64,000 nt of DNA, from assembly GCA_964016885.1 (NCBI GenBank), contig OZ024758.1, forward strand, positions 16,926,001 to 16,990,000, read 5' to 3'. A program made the translations under genes and the position numbers. Positions within the stretch are counted from its first letter, which is position 1; each line of letters begins with the position of its first letter. This stretch comes from Eledone cirrhosa (Eukaryota). The notes below the pieces were generated by a model that was given only the letters and a program-made list of their open reading frames with translations, made no database searches and was not told the DNA's origin. Below are positions 53,501 through 64,000 of this stretch, one piece after another.

Positions 53501-56500
53501 CCAATACTACCAATTTACAGTGTGTACTGGGTGTGTTTTTAAGTGGCACCAATACTACCAATTTACAGTGTGTACTGGGTGTGTTTTTAGGTGGCACCAA
53601 TACTACTAATTTACAGTGTGTACAGGGTGTGTTTTTACGTGGCACCAATACTACCAATTTACAGTGTGTACTGGGTGTGTTTTTAAGTGGCACCAATACT
53701 ACCAATTTACAGTGTGTACAGGGTGTGTTTTTAAGTGGCACCAATACTACCAATTTACAGTGTGTACAGGGTGTGTTTTTAAGTGGCACCAATACTACCA
53801 ATTTACAGTGTGTACTGGGTGTGTTTTTAAGTGGCACCAATACTACCAATTTACAGTGTGTACTGGGTGTGTTTTTAAGTGGTACCAATACTACCAAATT
53901 ACAGTGTGTACTGGGTGTGTTTTTAAGTGGCACCAATACTACCAATTTACAGTGTGTACTGGGTGTGTTTTTAAGTGGCACCAATACTACCAATTTACAG
54001 TGTGTACTGGGTGTGTTTTTAAGTGGTACCAATACTACCAATTTACAGTGTGTACTGGGTGTGTTTTTAAGTGGCACCAATACTACCAATTTACAGTGTG
54101 TACTGGGTGTGTTTTTAGGTGGCACCAATACTACTAATTTACAGTGTGTACAGGGTGTTTTTACGTGGCACCAATACTACCAATTTACAGTGTGTACTGG
54201 GTGTGTTTTTAATTGGCACCAATACTACCAATTTACAGTGTGTACAGGGTGTGTTTTTAAGGGGCACCAATACTACCAATTTACAGTGTGTACTGGGTGT
54301 GTTTTTAAGTGGCACCAATACTACCAATTTTCAGTGTGTACTGGGTGTGTTTTTAAGTGGCACCAATACTACCAATTTACAGTGTGTACTGGGTGTATTT
54401 TTAAGTGGCACCAATACTACCAATTTACAGTGTGTACTGGGTGTGTTTTTAAGTGGCACCAATACTACCAATTTTCAGTGTGTACTGGGTGTGTTTTTAA
54501 GTGGCACCAATACTACCAATTTACAGTGTGTACTGGGTGTGTTTTTAAGTGGCACCAATACTACCAATTGACAGTGTGTACTGGGTGTGTTTTTAAGTGG
54601 CACCAATACTACCAATTTTCAGTGTGTACTGGGTGTGTTTTTAAGTGGCACCAATACTACCAATTTACAGTGTGTACTGGGTGTATTTTTAAGTGGCACC
54701 AATACTACCAATTTACAGTGTGTACTGGGTGTGTTTTTAAGTGGCACCAATACTACCAATTTACAGTGTGTACAGGGTGTGTTTTTAAGTGGCACCAATA
54801 CTACCAATTTACAGTGTGTACTGGGTGTGTTTTTAAGTGGCACCAATACTACCAATTTACAGTGTGTACAGGGTGTGTTTTTAAGTGGCACCAATACTAC
54901 CAATTTACAGTGTGTACTGGGTGTGTTTTTAAGTGGCACCAATACTACCAATTTTCAGTGTGTACTGGGTGTGTTTTTAAGTGGCACCAATACTACCAAT
55001 TTACAGTGTGTACTGGGTGTGTTTTTAAGTGGCACCAATACTACCAATTTACAGTGTGTACTGGGTGTGTTTTTAAGTGGCACCAATAATACCAATTTAC
55101 AGTGTGAACAGGGTGTGTTTTTAAGTGGCACCAATACTACCAATTTACAGTGTGTACTGGGTGTATTTTTAAGTGGCACCAATACTACCAATTTACAGTG
55201 TGTACTGGGTGTGTTTTTAAGTGGCACCAATACTACCAATTTACAGTGTGTACTGGGTGTATTTTTAAGTGGCACCAATAATACCAATTTACAGTGTGTA
55301 CTGGGTGTGTTTTAAGTGGCACCAATACTACCAATTTACAGTGTGTACTGGGTGTGTTTTTAAGTGGCACCAATACTACCAATTTACAGTGTGTACTGGG
55401 TGTGTTTTAAGTGGCACCAATACTACCAATTTACAGTGTGTACTGGGTGTGTTTTTAAGTGGTACCAATACTACCAATTTACAGTGTGTACTGGGTGTGT
55501 TTTTAAGTGGCACCAATACTACCAATTTACAGTGTGTACTGGGTGTGTTTTTAAGTGGCACCAATACTACCAATTTACAGTGTGTACTGGGTGTGTTTTT
55601 AAGTGGCACCAATACAACCAATTTACAGTGTGTACTGGGTGTGTTTTTAGGTGGCACCAATACTACTAATTTACAGTGTGTACAGGGTGTGTTTTTAAGT
55701 GGCACCAATACTACCAATTTACAGTGTGTACTGGGTGTGTTTTTAAGTGGCACCAATACTACCAATTTACAGTGTGTACAGGGTATGTTTTTAAGTGGCA
55801 CCAATACTACCAATTTACAGTGTGTACTGGGTGTGTTTTTAAGTGGCACCAATACTACCAATTTACAGTGTGTACTGGGTGTGTTTTAAGTGGCACCAAT
55901 ACTACCAATTTACAGTGTGTACTGGGTGTGTTTTTAAGTGGTACCAATACTACCAATTTACAGTGTGTACTGGGTGTGTTTTTAAGTGGCACCAATACTA
56001 CCGATTTACAGTGTGTACAGGGTGTGTTTTTAAGTGGCACCAATACTACCAATTTACAGTGTGTACTGGGTGTGTTTTTAAGTGGCACCAGTACTACCAA
56101 TTTTCAGTGTGTACTGGGTGTGTTTTTAAGTGGCACCAATACTACCAATTTACAGTGTGTACTGGGTGTGTTTTTAAGTGGCACCAATACTACCAATTTA
56201 CAGTGTGTACTGGGTGTATTTTTAAGTGGCACCAATACTACCAATTTACAGTGTGTACTGGGTGTGTTTTTAAGTGGCACCAATACTACCAATTTACAGT
56301 GTGTACTGGGTGTATTTTTAAGTGGCACCAATAATACCAATTTACAGTGTGTACTGGGTGTGTTTTTAAGTGGCACCAATACTACCAATTTACAGTGTGT
56401 ACTGGGTGTGTTTTTAAGTGGCACCAATACTACCAATTTACAGTGTGTACTGGGTGTGTTTTAAGTGGCACCAATATTACCAATTTACAGTGTGTACTGG

Positions 56501-59500
56501 GTGTATTTTTAAGTGGCACCAATACTACCAATTTACAGTGTGTACTGGGTGTATTTTTTAGTGGCACCAATAATACCAATTTACAGTCTGTACTGGGTGT
56601 GTTTTTAAGTGGTACCAATACTACCAATTTACAGTGTGTACTGGGTGTGTTTTTAAGTGGCACCAATACTACCAATTTACAGTGTGTACTGGGTGTGTTT
56701 TTAAGTGGTACCAATACTACCAATTTACAGTGTGTACTGGGTGTGTTTTTAAGTGGCACCAATACTACCAATTTACAGTGTGTACTGGGTGTATTTTTAA
56801 GTGGTACCAATACTACCAATTTACAGTGTGTACTGGGTGTGTTTTTAAGTGGCACCAATACTACCAATTTACTGTGTGTACTGGGTGTGTTTTTAGGTGG
56901 CACCAATACTACTAATTTACAGTGTGTACAGGGTGTGTTTTTACGTGGCACCAATACTACCAATTTACAGTGTGTACTGGGTGTATTTTTAAGTGGCACC
57001 AATACTACCAATTTACAGTGTGTACTGGGTGTGTTTTTAAGTGGCACCAATACTACCAATTTACAGTGTGTACTGGGTGTGTTTTTAAGTGGCACCAATA
57101 CTACCAATTTACAGTGTGTACTGGGTGTGTTTTTAAGTGGTACCAATACTACCAATTTACAGTGTGTACTGGGTGTATTTTTAAGTGGCACCAATACTAC
57201 CAATTTACAGTGTGTACTGGGTGTGTTTTTAAGTGGTACCAATACTACCAATTTACAGTGTGTACTGGGTGTATTTTTAAGTGGCACCAATACTACCAAT
57301 TTACAGTGTGTACTGGGTGTGTTTTTAAGTGGTACCAATACTACCAATTTACAGTGTGTACTGGGTGTATTTTTAAGTGGCACCAATACTACCAATTAAC
57401 AGTGTGTACTGGGTGTGTTTTTAAGTGGCACCAATACTAACAATTTACAGTGTGTACTGGGTGTGTTTTTCAGTGGCACCAATACTACCAATTTACAGTG
57501 TGTACTGGGTGTGTTTTTAAGTGGCACCAATACTACCAATTTTCAGTGTGTACTGGGTGTGTTTTTAAGTGGCACCAATACTACCAATTTACAGTGTGTA
57601 CTGGGTGTGTTTTAAGTGGCACCAATACTACCAATTTACAGTGTGTACTGGGTGTGTTTTTAAGTGGCACCAATACTACCAATTTACAGTGTGTACTGGG
57701 TGTGTTTTTAAGTGGCACCAATACTACCAATTTTCAGTGTGTACTGGGTGTGTTTTTAAGTGGCACCAATACTACCAATTTACAGTGTGTACTGGGTGTG
57801 TTTTTAAGTGGAACCAATACTACCAATTTACGGTGTGTACTGGGTGTGTTTTTAAGTGGCACCAATACTACCAATTTACAGTGTGTACTGGGTGTATTTT
57901 TAAGTGGCACCAATACTACCAATTTACAGTGTGTACTGGGTGTATTTTTAAGTGGCACCAATACTACCAATTTACAGTGCGTACAGGGTGTGTTTTTAAG
58001 TGGCACCAATACTACCAATTTACAGTGTGTACTGGGTGTATTTTTAAGTGGCACCAATACTACTAATTTACAGTGTGTACTGGGTGTGTTTTTAAGTGGC
58101 ACCAATACTACCAATTTACAGTGTGTACAGGGTGTGTTTTTAAGTGGCACCAATACTACCAATTTACAGTGTGTACTGGGTGTATTTTTAAGTGGCACCA
58201 ATACTACCAATTTACAGTGTGTACAGGGTGTGTTTTTAAGTGGCATCAATACTACCAATTTACAGTGTGTACAGGGTGTGTTTTTAAGTGGCACCAATAC
58301 TACCAATTTACAGTGTGTACTGGGTGTGTTTTTAAGTGGCACCAATACTACCAATTTACAGTGTGTACTGGGTGTGTTTTTAAGTGGTACCAATACTACC
58401 AATTTACAGTGTGTACTGGGTGTGTTTTTAAGTGGCACCAATACTACCAATTTACAGTGTGTACTGGGTGTGTTTTTAGGTGGCACCAATACTACTAATT
58501 TACAGTGTGTACAGGGTGTGTTTTTACGTGGCACCAATACTACCAATTTACAGTGTGTACTGGGTGTGTTTTTAAGTGGCACCAATACTACCAATTTACA
58601 GTGTGTACAGGGTCTGTTTTTAAGTGGCACCAATACTACCAATTTACAGTGTGTACTGGGTGTGTTTTTAAGTGGCACCAATACTACCAATTTTCAGTGT
58701 GTACTGGGTGTGTTTTTAAGTGGCACCAATACTACCAATTTACAGTGTGTACTGGGTGTGTTTTTAAGTGGTACCAATACTACCAATTTACAGTGTGTAC
58801 TGGGTGTGTTTTTAAGTGGCACCAATACTACCAATTTCCAGTGTGTACTGGGTGTGTTTTTAGGTGGCACCAATACTACTAATTTACAGTGTGTACAGGG
58901 TGTGTTTTTACGTGGCACCAATACTACCAATTTACAGTGTGTACTGGGTGTGTTTTTAAGTGGCACCAATACTACCAATTTACAGTGTGTACAGGGTGTG
59001 TTTTTAAGTGGCACCAATACTACCAATTTACAGTGTGTACAGGGTGTGTTTTTAAGTGGCACCAATACTACCAATTTACAGTGTGTACTGGGTGTGTTTT
59101 TAAGTGGCACCAATACTACCAATTTACAGTGTGTACTGGGTGTGTTTTTAAGTGGTACCAATACTACCAAATTACAGTGTGTACTGGGTGTGTTTTTAAG
59201 TGGCACCAATACTACCAATTTACAGTGTGTACTGGGTGTGTTTTTAAGTGGCACCAATACTACCAATTTACAGTGTGTACTGGGTGTGTTTTTAAGTGGT
59301 ACCAATACTACCAATTTACAGTGTGTACTGGGTGTGTTTTTAAGTGGCACCAATACTACCAATTTACAGTGTGTACTGGGTGTGTTTTTAGGTGGCACCA
59401 ATACTACTAATTTACAGTGTGTACAGGGTGTTTTTACGTGGCACCAATACTACCAATTTACAGTGTGTACTGGGTGTGTTTTTAATTGGCACCAATACTA

Positions 59501-62066
59501 CCAATTTACAGTGTGTACAGGGTGTGTTTTTAAGGGGCACCAATACTACCAATTTACAGTGTGTACTGGGTGTGTTTTTAAGTGGCACCAATACTACCAA
59601 TTTTCAGTGTGTACTGGGTGTGTTTTTAAGTGGCACCAATACTACCAATTTACAGTGTGTACTGGGTGTATTTTTAAGTGGCACCAATACTACCAATTTA
59701 CAGTGTGTACTGGGTGTGTTTTTAAGTGGCACCAATACTACCAATTTTCAGTGTGTACTGGGTGTGTTTTTAAGTGGCACCAATACTACCAATTTACAGT
59801 GTGTACTGGGTGTGTTTTTAAGTGGCACCAATACTACCAATTGACAGTGTGTACTGGGTGTGTTTTTAAGTGGCACCAATACTACCAATTTTCAGTGTGT
59901 ACTGGGTGTGTTTTTAAGTGGCACCAATACTACCAATTTACAGTGTGTACTGGGTGTATTTTTAAGTGGAACCAATACTACCAATTTACAGTGTGTACTG
60001 GGTGTGTTTTTAAGTGGCACCAATACTACCAATTTACAGTGTGTACAGGGTGTGTTTTTAAGTGGCACCAATACTACCAATTTACAGTGTGTACTGGGTG
60101 TGTTTTTAAGTGGCACCAATACTACCAATTTTCAGTGTGTACTGGGTGTGTTTTTAAGTGGCACCAATACTACCAATTTACAGTGTGTACTGGGTGTGTT
60201 TTTAAGTGGCACCAATACTACCAATTTACAGTGTGTACTGGGTGTGTTTTTAAGTGGCACCAATAATACCAATTTACAGTGTGTACTGGGTGTGTTTTTA
60301 AGTGGCACCAATACTACCAATTTACAGTGTGTACTGGGTGTATTTTTAAGTGGCACCAATACTACCAATTTACAGTGTGTACTGGGTGTGTTTTTAAGTG
60401 GCACCAATACTACCAATTTACAGTGTGTACTGGGTGTATTTTTAAGTGGCACCAATAATACCAATTTACAGTGTGTACTGGGTGTGTTTTAAGTGGCACC
60501 AATACTACCAATTTACAGTGTGTACTGGGTGTGTTTTTAAGTGGCACCAATACTACCAATTTACAGTGTGTACTGGGTGTGTTTTAAGTGGCACCAATAC
60601 TACCAATTTACAGTGTGTACTGGGTGTGTTTTTAAGTGGTACCAATACTACCAATTTACAGTGTGTACTGGGTGTGTTTTTAAGTGGCACCAATACTACC
60701 AATTTACAGTGTGTACTGGGTGTGTTTTTAAGTGGCACCAATACTACCAATTTACAGTGTGTACTGGGTGTGTTTTTAAGTGGCACCAATACAACCAATT
60801 TACAGTGTGTACTGGGTGTGTTTTTAGGTGGCACCAATACTACTAATTTACAGTGTGTACAGGGTGTGTTTTTAAGTGGCACCAATACTACCAATTTACA
60901 GTGTGTACTGGGTGTGTTTTTAAGTGGCACCAATACTACCAATTTACAGTGTGTACAGGGTGTGTTTTTAAGTGGCACCAATACTACCAATTTACAGTGT
61001 GTACTGGGTGTGTTTTTAAGTGGCACCAATACTACCAATTTACAGTGTGTACTGGGTGTGTTTTAAGTGGCACCAATACTACCAATTTACAGTGTGTACT
61101 GGGTGTGTTTTTAAGTGGTACCAATACTACCAATTTACAGTGTGTACTGGGTGTGTTTTTAAGTGGCACCAATACTACCGATTTACAGTGTGTACAGGGT
61201 GTGTTTTTAAGTGGCACCAATACTACCAATTTACAGTGTGTACTGGGTGTGTTTTTAAGTGGCACCAGTACTACCAATTTTCAGTGTGTACTGGGTGTGT
61301 TTTTAAGTGGCACCAATACTACCAATTTACAGTGTGTACTGGGTGTGTTTTTAAGTGGCACCAATACTACCAATTTACAGTGTGTACTGGGTGTATTTTT
61401 AAGTGGCACCAATACTACCAATTTACAGTGTGTACTGGGTGTGTTTTTAAGTGGCACCAATACTACCAATTTACAGTGTGTACTGGGTGTATTTTTAAGT
61501 GGCACCAATAATACCAATTTACAGTGTGTACTGGCTGTGTTTTTAAGTGGCACCAATACTACCAATTTACAGTGTGTACTGGGTGTGTTTTTAAGTGGCA
61601 CCAATACTACCAATTTACAGTGTGTACTGGGTGTGTTTTAAGTGGCACCAATACTACCAATTTACAGTGTGTACTGGGTGTGTTTTTAAGTGGCACCAAT
61701 ACTACCAATTTACAGTGTGTACTGGGTGTATTTTTTAGTGGCACCAATAATACCAATTTACAGTGTGTACTGGGTGTGTTTTTAAGTGGTACCAATACTA
61801 CCAATTTACAGTGTGTACTGGGTGTGTTTTTAAGTGGCACCAATACTACCAATTTACAGTGTGTACTGGGTGTGTTTTTAAGTGGTACCAATACTACCAA
61901 TTTACAGTGTGTACTGGGTGTGTTTTTAAGTGGCACCAATACTACCAATTTACAGTGTGTACTGGGTGTATTTTTAAGTGGTACCAATACTACCAATTTA
62001 CAGTGTGTACTGGGTGTATTTTTTAGTGGCACCAATACTACCAATTTACAGTGTGTACTGGGTGTA
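47561..62066 (+). repeat. 48-bp satellite array, about 14.5 kb and about 300 copies, with higher-order structure
   Basis: Unit ggcaccaatactaccaatttacagtgtgtactgggtgtgtttttaagt; variant monomers recur in blocks. Confidence 0.97.
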
Positions 62067-62097
62067 CTTTTTTTTTAGAGGAACTTGCATGGATTAT

Positions 62098-62330
62098 ATC
62101 ATCATCATTATCATCTGGCAGCCTCAGCCGAAATCAACTCAACAATTGATCTCCACGTGGGTCTGTCATTCATTGCCACTGCCAAATCCTGGATTTTGAT
62201 AGCAAAATCTCTGGAGATGACATCAGGATAGGAGAGCTTACATCCCCTGTTATTAGTGACTGCTTGTGGTTTCCAAAGCACTAATGAGGACACAGCCTCG
62301 TAGGTGGCACTCAGTCAGGATTAAAAATGC
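62098..62330 (-). mobile_element. LINE (RTE-like) 3'-end remnant
   Basis: LVLWKP..RGCKLSYPDVISRD..QDLAVAMNDRPTWRSIV; (GAT)n tail. Confidence 0.6.
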
Positions 62331-63384
62331 CATAGAAATGCCATACATCAATATTGATTCTACTTTTGGCACAAGGCCAGCAATTATCCCAGTGTGTTAC
62401 TGGTACTTTATTTTATCGACCCCCGTAAGGATGAAAGGCAAAGTTAACCTTGGCAGGATTTGAACTCAGATCATGAAGGGCCGTAACTCTTTGCTGCAAA
62501 GCATGGCGTCCGACCCTTTACCGATACTGCCAATCAATATTGCGCCCCTATGACGCTATTGAAAGTTAAGGGGACTAAAAGAAAATAAAGTGTGTAATTT
62601 CAAGGAGATTTAAGGGTTATTTCAAGAAGATTCAAGGGTTATTTCTTATAGGTTGAGTGACCACATAGCTATAGAAGTTAAATGGAGGTGAAAATGTTTT
62701 TCAATGAATAATCAAACTCTGGTTCAAAAATTATTTTGCCCTGAGTTTTCAGATCATTCTGATGATCGGCAACTGATCATCATACTTGTCAGTTAATAAA
62801 AATTAATTAACAAATATGAAATAAATGGGAATAAATTTAAGAAAAATATATATAAATTTATGAGTCGTGTGAACAATTTGAACATGTGTAATTTGTTGTT
62901 TTAAAAATGTTTGTCATAGGGTTGAATAGGCGAAAAAATAAATTAAACATTTTAAGTCAATTATATTTTAATTTCAAGTTTTTACATAAAACATGTTCCA
63001 TAAATACTTTACCATTCTCATTCATCTTGTTGTATACAAATTCTCACATTTATACACATATACACCCAGATACATATATATATATGTGTTCATGATCTCA
63101 CACATACACACACATATATGAACACACACTCACACTCACTCACACACATCTGTACACACAGACACATATACATACATGTATATATGTATGTGTATGATTA
63201 TACCATATATATATATACATATATATATATATATGTATACAAACGCACACACATATACGTGTGTGTGTGTGTGTCTATGCGTGTGTATGTATATATGTAC
63301 ATGTATATATATGTGTGTGTGTATATATGTATATGTATGTATGTGTCTGTACGTATAAATGTACATGTACATATATATATGTGC

Positions 63385-63428
<44 letters not shown>

Positions 63429-63621
63429 ATATAAACATACATACATTCATTTATATATTCATACACAATATATACATTTGCACCACAAGGTGGATGTAGG
63501 AATGTAAAACATGAAGAAAAAAGGTATCAGTATTAAAATTAGAATTTCTCAAGTTTTAGTTCATTTGATATTTGAATAAAATGATTAATCATTTTTAATT
63601 AATTGAACAAAAATTTAAACA

Positions 63622-63672
<51 letters not shown>

Positions 63673-63745
63673 AGTGTGTGTAAATATATATATATGTGTG
63701 AATATATATATATGTGTGTGAATATATATATATGTGTGTGTGTGA

Positions 63746-63776
<31 letters not shown>

Positions 63777-63836
63777 AATATATATATATATGAATATATA
63801 TATATATATGAATATATATATATGAATATATATATA

Positions 63837-63882
<46 letters not shown>

Positions 63883-64000
63883 TATATATATATATATATG
63901 AATATATATATATATATATGAATATATATATATATATATGTATATGAATATATATATATATATGTGTGTGTGAATATATGTATGTGTGAATATATATATA

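Noticed and set aside
48205-55089. 2294-aa ORF and other long ORFs in the 48-bp array
   Set aside because: The unit is a multiple of 3 with no stop in several frames; indels switch frames freely; the monomer derives from a retroelement UTR
47561-62066. CRISPR-like array (also the 39- and 47-bp arrays)
   Set aside because: Pure tandem monomers with no unique spacers, no cas genes, eukaryotic context

Overview
AT-rich animal genomic DNA, probably a cephalopod such as Octopus (inferred from the SINE/RTE/(TA)n landscape, not confirmed). It is almost entirely repeats, and no intact host protein-coding gene can be supported. Contents: two 5'-truncated RTE-clade LINE copies (RT plus a C4HC3 finger); many LINE 3' remnants; two tRNA-derived SINE families; piggyBac-, Tc1/mariner- and hAT-type MITEs; long (TA)n tracts; tandem arrays of 47, 48 and 39 bp, including a 14.5-kb 48-bp satellite; and a candidate promoter/first exon near 14.9 kb. 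There are two main signals. (1) A set of minimal type-I hammerhead-ribozyme (HHR) elements sits in (TA)n tracts as long fold-back palindromes or as a 310-bp tandem (retrozyme/Penelope pseudo-LTR-like), with a decayed Penelope GIY-YIG fragment in the same window. (2) Four separate satellites appear to have expanded from the same 48-bp repeat in the RTE 3' UTR. The long ORFs over the repeats are artefacts. All RNA folds were done by eye.
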